This document shows positions 1 through 11,889 of a stretch of 63,854 nt of DNA, in pieces (positions within the stretch are counted from its first letter, which is position 1; the number at the start of each line of letters is the position of its first letter). Source of the DNA: Malacoraja senta (taxonomy: Eukaryota); contig JAXLNO010000086.1 of the NCBI GenBank assembly GCA_038087875.1, positions 1-63,854 on the forward strand, in the 5' to 3' direction. The translations under genes were made by a program, and so were the position numbers. The notes under the pieces were generated by a model. That model was not told the origin of the DNA. It worked only from the letters and a program-made list of their open reading frames with translations, and searched no databases.

Positions 1-801
1 GTTTAGAGGGGTTTAGTGATTATAGTGGTTTAGGGTGTTTTAGAGGGAGAGAGGTTTAGGGGTCGTTTAAATATGTTTAGAGGGCTTTAGAGGGGTTTAG
101 AGCGGTTAAGAGGGGTTTCAAGGGGTTTCGAGAGCGTTGGGGGTGTTTAGGGGGGATTAGATGGGGTTAACGTGGTTTAGAGGGGATTAGAGTGGGTTAC
201 AGTGGTTTAGAAATGTTTACAGGGGCTTAGACGTGTTGAGAGGTGTTCAGAGGGGCTGAGAGGTGCTCAGAATGGTTTAGACGGCTTTCGAGGGGTTTCG
301 AATGATTTGGAGGGATTTAGAGGGGTTTGGAAGGGTTTCGAGGGGATTAGAGGGTGTTGCAATTGTTCAGTGTGGTTTAGAATGGTTTGGAGATGTTTAA
401 ACTGGTTTAGAGGGCTTTAGACGGGTTTGGCGTGGTGTACATGTGCTTAGATATGTATAGTGAGAGATGGTATTAGAGGGGTTTCGAGTGGTTTAGAGGG
501 GTTTCGGATGTTTCAAAGGCGGTTAGAGGGCTTTAGAGTGGTTTATATGTGTTTAGAGGGCTTTACATGGGTTTAGAGTGGTTAAGAGGGGTTTATATGG
601 CTTATGAGGGGTTTAGATGTGGGCAGAGGAGGTTAGAGGGGGTTGGAGGGGATTAGATGGGGTTTAGAGTGGTTTAGTTGGGTTTAGCGGGGTTTAGAGG
701 GTTTACAGGGCGGAGGTTTAGAGGGGGGTTAGAGTGCTTTATAGGGGTATAGAGGGGGTTAGAGGGGGTTGTATGGGGTTTAAAGCAAAGGGGCTTAGAT
801 G

Positions 802-970
802 CAAGATACAAGATACAAGATACAAGATACATTTATTTGTCACATGTGCCATTTGGCACAGTGAAATGTGTGGTCACCATACTGCCATACAAAAAAATAA
901 AGAAACACAACACACGGTAGAATTCAACATAAAACATCCCACACAGCAGAATGAAAGTTAGACACTGTGT
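802..970 (-). mobile_element. 3' end of a non-autonomous Rex1-tailed retroelement
   Basis: Minus strand ends ...CATTTCACTGTGCCAAATGGCACATGTGACAAATAAATG(TATCTTG)4: a stem-loop, AATAAA and a microsatellite tail. The body resembles 52380-52450. Confidence 0.7.
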
Positions 971-2923
971 TAGGCGTGTTTTGAGGGATTCAGAGGAGCT
1001 TAGATGTGCTTAGAAGGGTTTAAAGGGGATTAGAGGGCTTGAGAGTGGTTTCAATGTGTATAGTGGGCTTTAGAAGGGTTTAGAGCGGTTAAGAGGGGGT
1101 TGGAGGGGTTTCGAGGGCGTTGGAGGGGTATAGAGGGGGCTAGATGGTGTTAACGTGGTTTAGATGTGATTAGAGTGGGCTAGAGTGGTTTAGATGTTTA
1201 AAGGGGCTTAGACGTGTTTTGAGTGGTTCAGGGGGGCTTAGAGGGGCTTAGAATAGTTTAGAGGGGTGTAGATGGGTTTCGAAATATTTAGAGGGATTTA
1301 GACGGGTTTCGAAGGGTTTCGAGGAGTTTAGAGGTGATTGGAGAGTGTTACAATGGTTTACAGGGGGGCTTGGAATGATTTAGAGGGGTTTAGAATTTAG
1401 AGGGCTTTAGAGAGGTTTGGAGGGGTGTAGATGTGTTTAGAGATGTTTAGTGATTTAGAGGGTATTAGAGGGTAGAGGGTTTCCGAGTGTTGCAAAGGGG
1501 TTGAGGGCATTAGTGTGCTTTACATGTGTTTAGAGGGGTTTACGTGGGTTTAGAGCGGTTCAGAGGGGTCTAGAGGGCTTAAGAGGGGTTTAGAAGTGGT
1601 TAGAGGAGGATAGAGGGGTCTGGAGGAGTTTAGATGGGTTTAGAGGGGTTTACTTGGGTTTAGCGGGGTTTAGAGGGGGTTGAGGTGTTTGGAGTGGTTT
1701 AGAGGTGTTTAGAGGCGGTTGGAGGGCGGTTAGAAGTGTTTTAAGCGGTTTAAAGGGGCAGGCGTGTTTTGAGGGGTTCAGATGGGCTTAGAGGGGCTTA
1801 TAATGGTTTTAAGGGGTTTGGAGGTGTTTTGCGGGGTTTCGAATGATTAAGAGGGGTTTAAAGGTGTTCCGGATGGTTGTGAGGGGTTTACCGGGGATTA
1901 TAGTGTGTTAGAAAGATTTACAGCATTTTCGTGGGGTTTTGAGGGGTTTTCAGTGGTTCAGAGGGCTTTAGATTTATAGAGGGCTTTCGCGGGGTTTAGA
2001 GGGGTTTAGAGTGATTTTGATTGGCGGATGATTTTAGATGGGTTTTGAGGGGGTTTAGAGGGATTTCGATGAGTTTAAAGTGGATTTGAGTGGTTTAGAG
2101 GGGTTTTGATGGGTTTAGTGGGGTTTGGAGGTTTTGAGGGCTAGATGAGCTAAGAGGGACAGAGGGGTTAGAGGGATTCAGAGGGGCTTAGAGGGTTTTA
2201 GAGGGTCTTAGAGAGATTCGACCGGTTTAGAGAGGTTTAGCGGGGTTTAGAGGGGTTTAGAGGTGTTTAGTGGGGCTCAGAGGGGCTTAGAGGTTTTGGA
2301 GGGGTTTATATAGATGGATTTCGATGGGTTACACGAGATTTAGAGCGGTTTAGACGTGTTTAGAGTGCGCTGGAGGGGTTAGAGGGAATTAGAGGTGTCC
2401 ATAGGAATTTAGAGAGGTTTAGAGGGCTTTAGAAGTGTTTATAGTGCTTTAGAGGGGTTTAGAGGGGTTTAGAGGGTTTAGGTTGGAGGGGTGTAGAGGT
2501 GTTTAGAGGGGGTATAGTGGGCTTAGAGGGGTTTAGAGGGGTTTTAAGGCGTTTAGAGGGGTTTAGAGGTATTTAGATATGTTTAGAGTGGATTAGAGGG
2601 GTTTAGATTGGTTGCGAAGTTGAAAGAGGGGGTGAGAGGGTTTAAGAGGGGTTTAGGAGTGGGCATAGTGTGTAAGAGGAAGTTAGAAGGGTTTAGATAG
2701 ATTCAGAGGGCTTCAGAGGGGTTCAGCGGGGTGTACATTGTGTTGGAGGGGTTTAGAGGGGGCTAGAGAGCGTTAGAGTGGTTTGGAAGGGCAGAGTGCG
2801 TTAGAGGGAGTTGGAGGGATTTCCATGTGTTTAGAGGTGTTGAAAGGGATTTAGTGTATTGGAGGGGTTTAGAGGGGTTTGGATATGTTCAGAGGGATTT
2901 AGTGGGCTTAGAGGGCTTTAGAT

Positions 2924-3690
2924 CTATCTTTTTGTTTTATTTTTGTCTAGTTAAATGTAGTTGTTTGTGTTTTTTATATTGTTTTAACTGTGTATATGTG
3001 GGGGGCGGGGGAAACTTAATAAAATCTCTTCCCTGTATGGAGGAACCGACCTTTCTCTGTCGGGTCTCCGTTGTCGTTGGGGCCTAGCACCGTGGAGCCA
3101 TCGTGGAGCTGGCCGAGTTCGGAGCGTGGAGAGCTGCGGTGACGCGCGGCTGTGACCCGACCCCGGAGATACGGAGGCTCCAGCCGCGGGTCTGGTGGAC
3201 GGAGACATCGGGACCTCGCGGGTCCCTGGCGGGAGACCGCTTTTCGGGGCTTCCGCAACGGCAACTTCTCCCGCCCGAGTTACGGGGTTGAAGATGACCT
3301 GGAGTGGGGTTTTGCATCGCCCGGCGCAGCTTTGGTGGCCGCGGGACTTGCTGGCGCTACCGGGGGCTCCAACATCAAGACCCGGAGCGCGGCCTTGCAT
3401 CGCCCGGCGCGTCTTTAATGGCCGCGGGACTTATTTTCCATCGCCCGACGGGGGCTCTGACTCTGACATCGGGAGGAGAATGGGGAGTGCAGGGGAGAGA
3501 TAAGACTTTCCCTTCCATCACACCGAGGAGGAGATTCGCTGTGATGGATGTTTGTGTAAATTGTGTTGTGTCTTGGTTCTTTTTACATGTTTGTATGGCT
3601 GCAGAGACCAAATTTCGTTTGAACCTCATTTGAACCTCATTTGAGGTTCAAATGACAATAAATGGTATTGTATTGTATTGTATTGTATTG
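2924..3690 (+). mobile_element. GC-rich non-coding non-autonomous retroelement with (TATTG)n tail
   Basis: TSD TAGAT at 2919-2923 and 3691-3695; the empty paralogous site is at 9651-9675. 3' hairpin TTTGAACCTCA-T-TGAGGTTCAAA, then TGACAATAAA and the tail. Homologous to the reverse complement of 52303-53030. Confidence 0.8.
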
Positions 3691-3806
3691 TAGATGTGTT
3701 TAGGTTCTTTAGATGGTATTTAGAGCGGTTTGGAGGGGTTAGAGGGTTGTTGAGCGGTTTCGAGGGATTTAGAGGGGTTTAGATATATATACATTTAGAT
3801 ATACAC

Positions 3807-4228
3807 TTCAAGATCCTCCTCTATGTCTACAAAGCCCTCAATGGGCTTGCCCCCACCTACGTTAAAAGTTTTCTCGCCCACCACTCCACCTCCAGGTCCC
3901 TCAGATCGGCCGACTTGGGGTTGCTGAATATCCCGCGGTCCAGTCATAAGCTCAGGGGCGACGGCGCCTTTGCGGTTGCATCTCCTAGACTGTGGAACAG
4001 CACCCCCCTTGCCATCAGAACTGCCCCCTCCATCGACTCCTTTAAGTCAAGACTAAAAACGTATCTATACACCCTCGCCTTTCTTGACTTCCTCTGAGCG
4101 AGGGCTATATGTATATATGTAGGCAATTTGTTTGTTTATACTATTCTTATAACAAATGTAAAGCACTTTGGCCAACGAGAGTTGTTTTTTAAATGTGCTA
4201 TATAAATAAATGTGACGAATGTGTGACT
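3807..4228 (+). mobile_element. L2 LINE 3' fragment (ORF2 C-terminus plus 3' UTR)
   Basis: Translates FKILLYVYKALNGLAPTY...RSLRS...GDGAFAVASPRLWNS...FKSRLKTYLY, typical of the L2 C-terminus. 3' TGTAAAGCACTTTG...TGCTATATAAATAAA L2 terminal motif. Confidence 0.9.
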
Positions 4229-4943
4229 TAGATGGGTTTCGGGGGTTTCTGGGGGTTTTGATGTGTTTAGAGTAGGTTAGTGGGGTTTAAAGGAGTTTAG
4301 AGGGGTTTTGATGGGTTTAGAGGGGTTTGGAGGTTTAGAGGGCTAGATGGGCTTCGAGGGACTTAGAGGGGTTAGGGATTTAGAGGGGCTTAGAGGGTTT
4401 AGAGGGGTTTAGAGGGGCTTGGAGGGTTTCGAGGGGTTTAGAGAGAGATAGAGGGATATGAAGGGGTATAGAGCTGTTTAGAGCGGTATAGTGGGATTAG
4501 AGGGTTGTAGAGGGATTTAGAGGGATTTAGAGGGGTTTAGATGGGTTTCGGGTGGTTTTGGGGGGTTCAATGTGATTAGAGTGGGTTAGAGGGGTTTAGG
4601 GGGTTCAGAGAGGTTTTGCTGGGTGTAGGGGTTTGGAGGTTTAGAGGGCTAGATGTGCTTAGAGGTACAGAGGGGTTAGAGGGATATAGAGGGGCTTAGA
4701 GGGTTTAGAGGTTAGAGGGGCTTGGAAGGTTTCGAGAGGTTTAGAGAGAGTTAGAGGGATTTCGATGGGTTTCAAGGGGTTTAGAGCTGTTTAGAGGGAT
4801 TTAGACTGCTTTGCTTAGAGGTGTTCAGAAGAATTTAGATGAGTAGCGGGCTTTAGAGTTATTTTTAGCGCTTTAGAGTGGTTTAGAGAGGTTTAGGGGG
4901 ATTTAGAGTGGTTTGGAGGGGTGTAGAGGGGTTTATAGTGGTT

Positions 4944-6718
4944 TAACCGTATAACCATATAACGATATAACAATTACAGCACGGAAACAGGCCATCTCGG
5001 CCCTTCTAGTTCGTTCCGAACACTTATTCTCCCCTAGTTCCATCTACCTGCACTCAGACGATAACCCTCCAGTCCTTTCCCGTCCATATACCTAACCAAT
5101 TTATTTTTAAATGATAAAATCGAACCTGCCTCCATCACTTCCACTGGAAGCTCACTCCACACAGCTACCACTCTCAAAGTAAAGTTGTTCCCCCTCATGT
5201 TACCCCTAAACGTCTGTCCCTTAATTCTCAAATCATGTCCTCTTGTTTGGATCTTCCCTACTCTCAATGGAAAAAGCGTATCCACTTTAACTCTGTCTAT
5301 CCCTCTCATCCTTTTAAAGCCCTCTATCAAGTCCCCCCTTAACCTTCTGCGCTCCAATGAATAAACTAACTTGTTCAACCTTTCACCGTACCTTAGTTTC
5401 TGAAACCCAGGCAAAATTCTAGTAAATCTCCTCTGTACTCTCTTTATTTTGCTGACATCTTTCCTATAATTTGGCGACCAAAATTGTACACCATACTACA
5501 GAATTGGCCTCACCAATACCTTGTACAAGTTTAACATTACATCCCAACTTCTATACTCAATGATCTGATTTATAAAGGCCAGCACACCAAAAGCTTTCTT
5601 TACCACCCAATCTACATAAGATTCCACCTTCAGGGAACTATGCACAGTTATTCCTAGATCCCTCTGTTCAACTGCATTCCTCAATTCGCTACCATTTACC
5701 ATGTACGTCCTATTTTGATTTGTCCTGCCAAGATGTCGCACCTCACACTTATCAGCATTAAACTCCATCTGCCTTCTTACAGCCCACTCTTCCAAATGGC
5801 CTAAATCTCTCTGTAGACTTTGAAAATCTACTTCATTTTCCACAACACCACCTTTCTTAGTATCATCTGCATACTTACTAATCCAATTTACCAAACCATC
5901 AACCAGATCATTGGTGTATATGACAAACAAGTGGACCCAACACAGATCCATGAGGCACCCCACTAGTCACCGGCCTCCAACCTAACAAACAGCCATCCAC
6001 CATTACTCTCTGGCATCTCCCATTCAGCCACTGTTGAATCCATCTTGCTGTTCCACCATTAATACCCAACAATTGAACCTTTTAAACCAACCTTCCATGT
6101 GGAACCTTGTCAAAGGCCATACTGAAGTCCATATAGACAACATCCACCGCTTTACCCTCATCAATTTCCCTAGTAACCTCTTCAAAAATTCAAGAAGATT
6201 AGTCAAACATGACCTTCCAGGCACAAATCCATGTTGACTGTTCCTAATCAGACCCTGTTTATCCAGATGCTTATATATATTATCTCTAATTATCCTTTCC
6301 ATTAATTTGCCCACCACTGATGTCAAACTACAGGTCTATAATTGCCAGGTTTACTCTTAGAACCCTTTTTAAAAAGTGGAACAACATGCGCAGTACGCCA
6401 ATCCTCCGGCACCATTCTCGTTTCTAATGACATTTGAAATATTTATGTCATAGACCCTGCTATTTCTACACTAACTTCCCTCAATATCCTAGGGAATATC
6501 CTGTCAGGACCTGGAGACTTATCCACTTTTATATGTTTCATAAGTGTCTGTACTTCCGCTTATTTGAATCTAATAGTTTCCATAGCTACTCTACTTGTTT
6601 CCCTTACCTCACATAACTCAATATCATTCTCCTTGGTGAATACCGAAGAAAATAAATTGTTCAATATCTCCCCCATCTCTTTTGGCTTTTCAGATAGCTG
6701 TCCACTCTGACTCTCTAA
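4944..6718 (-). mobile_element. CR1 LINE, 5'-truncated, degenerate RT
   Basis: Minus-strand ORFs with SQHGFVPGRSCLTNL, KYADDT, FNADKCEV, SLERRRLRGDLIE and TRGH. Tail is (TTATATGG)n-like at 4944-4970. Confidence 0.92.
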
Positions 6719-6826
6719 AGATTTATGTTTAGGGTGTTTTAGAAGGATAGAGAGCTTTAGAATGGTTTTGAGTGGGCTTAGAGGGGGGTTGAGGAGGTTC
6801 GAGTGCTTTAGAAGGGTTTAGAGGGT

Positions 6827-8510
6827 GTCATGGCTGATCATCCAACTCAGTATCCCGTACCTGCCTTCTCTCCATACCCCCTGATCCCCTTAGCCACAAG
6901 GGCCACATCTAACTCCCTCTTAAATATAGCCAATGAACTGGCCTCAACTACCCTCTGTGGCAGAGAGTTCACCACTCTCTGTGTGAAAAAGTTTTTTCTC
7001 ATCTCGGTTCTAAAGGATTTACCCCTTATCCTTAAGCTGTGACCCCTTGTCCTGGACTTCCCCAACATCGGGAACAATCTTCCTACATCTAGCCTGTACA
7101 ACCCCATAAGAATTTTGTAAGTTTCTCTAAGATCCCCTCTCAATCTCCTAAATTCTAGCGAGTATAAGCCAAGTCTATCCAGTCTTTCTTCATATGAAAG
7201 TCCTGACATCCCAGGAATCAGTCTGGTGAACCTTCTCTGCACTCCCTCTATGGCTATAATGTCCTTCCTCAGATTTGGAGACTAAAACTGTACGCAATAC
7301 TCCAGGTGTGGTCTCACCAAGACCCTGTACAACTGCAGTAGAACCTCCCTGCTCATATGCTCAAATCGTTTTGCTATGAAAGCTAACATACCATTCGCTT
7401 TCTTCACTGCCTGCTGCACCTGCATGCCTTCGTTCAATGACTGGTGTACCATGACACCCAGGTCTCGCTGCATCTCCCCTTTTCCTAATCGTCCACCATT
7501 TAGATAATAGTCTGCTTTCCTGTTTTTGCCACCAAAGTGGATAACCTCACATTTATCCACATTATACTGCATCTGCCAAACATTTGCCCACGCACCCAGC
7601 CTATCCGTCAACTTGCAGTCTCCTAGCATCCTCCTCACAGCTAACACTGCCCCCCCAGCTTAGTGTCATCCGCAAACTTGGAGATGTTGCCTTCAATTAC
7701 CTCATCCAGGTCATTAATATAAATTGTAAATAGCTGGGGTCCCAGCACTGAGCCTTGCGGTACCCCACTAGTCACTGCCTGCCATTGTGAAAAGGACCCG
7801 TTTTCTCCTACTGTTTGCTTCCTGTTTGCCAGCCAGTTCTCTACCCACATCAATACTGAACCCCCAAAACCGTGTGCTTTAAGTTTGTATACTAATCTCT
7901 TATGTGGGACCTTGTCGAATGCCTTCTGAAAGTCCAGATACAAAACATCCACTGGTTCTCCCCGATCCACTCTACTAGTAACATCCTCGAAAAATTCTAT
8001 AAGATTCGTCAGACATGATTTACCTTTCGTAAATCCATGCTGACTTTGTCCAATGATTTCACCACTTTCCAAATGTGCTGCTATCCCATCTTTAATAACT
8101 GAATCTAGCAGTTTCCCCACTACCGATGTTTCACTCAGTTCCTCCATCTCCTTTGACCCGCGGCTCCCTGCTATTTCCGCCAGATTATTTATGTCTTCCT
8201 TAGTGAAGACAGAACCAAAGTAGTTATTCAATTGGTCCGCCATATACTTGTTCCCCATGATCAATTCACCTGTTTCTGACTGCAAGGGACCTACATTTGT
8301 TTTAACTAATCTCTTTCTCTTCACATATCTATAACAATTTTGCAGTCAGTTTTTATGTTCCCTGCCAGTTTTCTTTCATAATCTATTTTGCCTTTCCTAA
8401 TTAAGCCCTTTGTCCTCCTCTGCTGGTCTTTGAATTTCTCCCAGTCTTCTGGTATGCTGCTTTTTCTGGCTAATTTGTACGCATCATCTTTTGCTTTGAT
8501 ACTATCCCTC
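6827..8510 (-). mobile_element. CR1 LINE (second subfamily), truncated, with internal deletion
   Basis: ORFs with [42 protein letters not shown] and RRLRGDL. Same subfamily as 50050-53508. Confidence 0.92.
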
Positions 8511-11500
8511 CATGAGGCGGTTAGATGGATTTAAAGATGTTTAAAGGGAATTAGAGGGCATGAATGTGGTTTAAATGTGTTCAGATGACTTTAGAGAGGT
8601 TTAGAGCGTTTAAAGGGGTTTGGAGGGGTTTAGTGGGCGTTGGAGGGATTTATAGGGGGCTAGATGGGGTTAGAGTTACTTTGAGGGGTTTTCACAGGGG
8701 GGTTACAGTGGTTTAGAGAGTTTTAAAGAGGCTTAGACGTGTTTAGAAGGGTTCGGAGGGGCTTAGAGGGGTTTAGAATGTTTTAGATGGGTTTAGATAG
8801 GTTTCGAATGATTTAGAGGGATTTCGAGGATTCGAAGGATTTCGAGGAGTTTAGAGGGGATTGGGTGTGTTACAATGGTTTAGAAGCGTTTAGAATGGTT
8901 TAGAGGGCTTTAGAGATGTTTGGAGGAGTGTGGTGTTTAGGGGTGTTTAGTAAGTTAGAGGGCATTAGAGGGGTTTCGAGGGTTTTCGAGTTTTAAAGGG
9001 GTTAAGGGGGCTTTAGAGTGGTTTACATGTGTTTAGAGGGCTTTATATGGGTTTATAGTGCTTTAGAGGGGGTTAGAGGGGTTTAGAGGGATTTAGAGTT
9101 GTTTGGAAGGGTCTAGAGGGGTTTAGACGGACTATAGAGGGCTTAGACTGGTTTAGAGGGGTTTAAAGGCATTTAGAGGGGTTTCGAGGGGTTTAGAGGG
9201 GTTTAGTGGGGCTCAGAGGGGCTTAGAGGTTTAGGAGGCGTTTAGAGAGAGAGGGATTTCGATGGGTTTCAAGAGGTTTAGAGCGGTTTAGAGGTGTTAG
9301 AGGGGTTTGGAAATTATTATAGTGCTTTAGAGGTGTTTAGAGGGGTTATGAGGTGTGGTTTAGAGCGGTTTAGAGGGGTTATGAGAGGTTGAGAAGTTGA
9401 TAGAGGGGTGAGAGGGCTTAAGGGGGGATTAGAAGTGGGTAGAGGGGGTTCGAGGCGGTTAGAGTGGTTTAGACAGGTTTAGAGGGGTTTAGCGGGGTGT
9501 AGATGGTTTTTGGGTGTTTAGAGGTGGCTAGTGGTTTGGAGAGGCTTAGAGGGAGTTAGAGGGATTTCCAGGTGTTTAGATGTGTTTATTGGGATTTAGT
9601 ATTTTGGAGAGGTTTAGAGGGGGTTAGAGGTGTTTAGAGGGATTTACTGTGGGCTTAGAGGGCTTTAGATGTGTTCAGGTGGCATTAGATGGGGTTTAGA
9701 GGGGGTATGGATGGGTGTAGATTGATTAGAGCGGTATAGTGGGGTTAGCGGGATGCAGAGAGGTTTTCGAGGGATTTAGAGGTGTTTAGAGGGGTTTCGA
9801 TGGGTTTGGAGTGGAATAGAGCGTTTTAGAAGGGTTTAGAGTGGTTCAGGTGTTTTGAGTGGATAGAGGGGTTTAGATGTGTTTGAAGGGATTTACGGGG
9901 TTTTAGAGGGGTTTAGAGAGGTTTAGAGTGGTTTCAAGGGGCATCTGAGTGGGTTAGAGTGGTAGAGGCGTTAGAGAGGTTTAGTGAGTTTTAGAGGGAT
10001 TTGGAGATGTTTAGAGGGATTTTGAGGTGTTTTAAGGATTTAGAAGAGTGTAAATAGGGTTAGAGGGCTTTAGAGCGGTTTAAAGGTGTTTAGAGGGCTT
10101 TAGAGCGGTTAAGAGGGGTTCAGAGGGGTTAGGAGGTTGTTTCGTAGTGGGTAGAGGGTGTTACAGTTGGTTGGAGAGGTTTAGATATGTTTAGATGGGT
10201 TTAGAGCGGTTTAGAGTGCGTTGGAGGGGTTTAGAAGGGACAGAAGAGGTTAGAGTGGTTTAGAGGGGTTTATACGTGGTTAGAGGGGTTTCGACGGTCT
10301 TAGAGAGCTATAAATGGGCTTAGACCTGTTTACAGGGGTTCAGATGTGCTTGGGGGGACTTAGAATTGTTTAGAGGTGTTTAGAGGACTTTCGGATGATT
10401 TAGATGGGTTTCGAAGGTGTTTACATTGGTTTAGAGGGGTTCAGAGGGCTTTAGAATTACTTAGAGGGCTTTAGAGGGGTTTAGATTGGTTTAGAGTGCT
10501 TTAGATTGGTTTCGAGGGGTATAGAGGTGTTTAGAGAGGTATAGTGATGGTAGAGGGTTTTAGATGGGTTTCGAGGGGTTTCGAGGGGTTTCGATGGGTT
10601 TAGAGTGGGTTAGAGGGGTATAGCTGGTGTTTATAGGTGTTTTGATGGGTTTCGAGGTGTTTGGAGATTTAGAGGACTAGATGGGCATAGAGGAACTTAG
10701 AAGGGTTAGAGGGATTTAGAGGGGCTTATAGGGTTTAGTGGGGTTTAGAGGGGTTTAGACTGCTTTGAGGAGTTTAGAGGTGTTCAGAGCAATTTTACTT
10801 CGGAGTCACGTGAGTGATTCCGTGAAGAAGCCCCGCCAGGGCGCATGCGCGTCATTACATCAGACGCATCGCGCAACGACGGGCTGGCAGGGCGCAACTC
10901 CATCAGCGCTAAGTTAAAAACCCGCAGGTAAGTTTTTAAAAACTCACTGTGGTCGTCTTTTGCGGTCTGTAAGTCTGGTTTACAGGACCTAGCAGGACTA
11001 TGGAGAAGCCGGTGAAAGGAAGGCTGAGGCGCGCCGCCGGGAAAACAGCTGGAGAAGACCGCGGGAGTGCGGAGAGCGGGCCGGCGCCCATTTCACCTTC
11101 TGAGCCGCTGGCAGTCCGGCGAGTGGCAGCTACTCAGGTGCCGATTGACAGCACCATGGCTACCCCTGTGGGGAGAAAAGCCACCAAACAATCTGTAAGG
11201 CCCGTGGGCTCTGATGAGTCGGGCCAGGAGGATTCTCCTCCCACTATCAGCGACGTCTGTGGACGTCTAGCAAAGATGGAGCACCTGATGGCGAGGATGC
11301 TCTATCATGACATGTTCCTGGAGGAACTTTAGATCCGTGGGTCACCCCATGGGCCCGTGGCAGCAGCCTCTACTGGAGGGCTGTATAGGGAAGATCTGCT
11401 CCATGAAGAGGAGCCTTATATCCGCGGGTCTTCTTGGGGGCCCATGGCAGCAGCACCGTTAGAAGGGCTGCATAATGTCTCCCTCATGGAGGAGGTGAGC

Positions 11501-11889
11501 TTACCGGGGCAGTTTTGTTCTGACCCTGAGGTTGGAGGTATTGCGGAGCAGCATACCCCAAGGCATGAGAGCCAAGAGCCAGGGGTGCCGGACATGGCAT
11601 CTAAATTCGCCATACCAACAGGAACTGGTGAGCCGTTGGACGAAGACCTGGCCAGAACCATGAATTATATGCCTTCCCATCAGTTACAGGATTTAACGAT
11701 GGAAGAAACAACGGACAAATATGAGACACCTACCAACTGTGCCTCAATAAAAGTGCCTACTGTTAACCATGCCATTTGGGGGGCACATGGGTGCAAGCAT
11801 CAGAGCCCAGGAGTTAAGGATCCAAAAGATCTTAAAGCTGCTTGGGTCAGGCATTACTGCATTTGCAAGATCAGTCGATGGGGCTGATT

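Larger units (their letters stand above)
1..10790 (+). repeat. Degenerate 10-bp satellite, G-rich strand (GGGGTTTAGA)n, interrupted by retroelements at 802-970, 2924-3690, 3807-4228, 4944-6718 and 6827-8510
   Basis: Hundreds of variants of AGAGGGGTTT with 10-bp period. Diagnostic variant strings recur at longer range, e.g. 81 vs 1065 vs 8588 and 2600-2923 vs 9385-9670. Confidence 0.95.

Noticed and set aside
2827..3633. Overlapping ORFs in the GC-rich elements (also 48716-49624, 52514-52967)
   Set aside because: High-GC stop avoidance. Frames are not consistently preserved between family copies, and there are no recognisable domains.
6827..8514. CATG as TSD of the second CR1
   Set aside because: The left CATG appears to belong to the CR1 3' UTR and the tail is missing, so a 4-bp match is not convincing.
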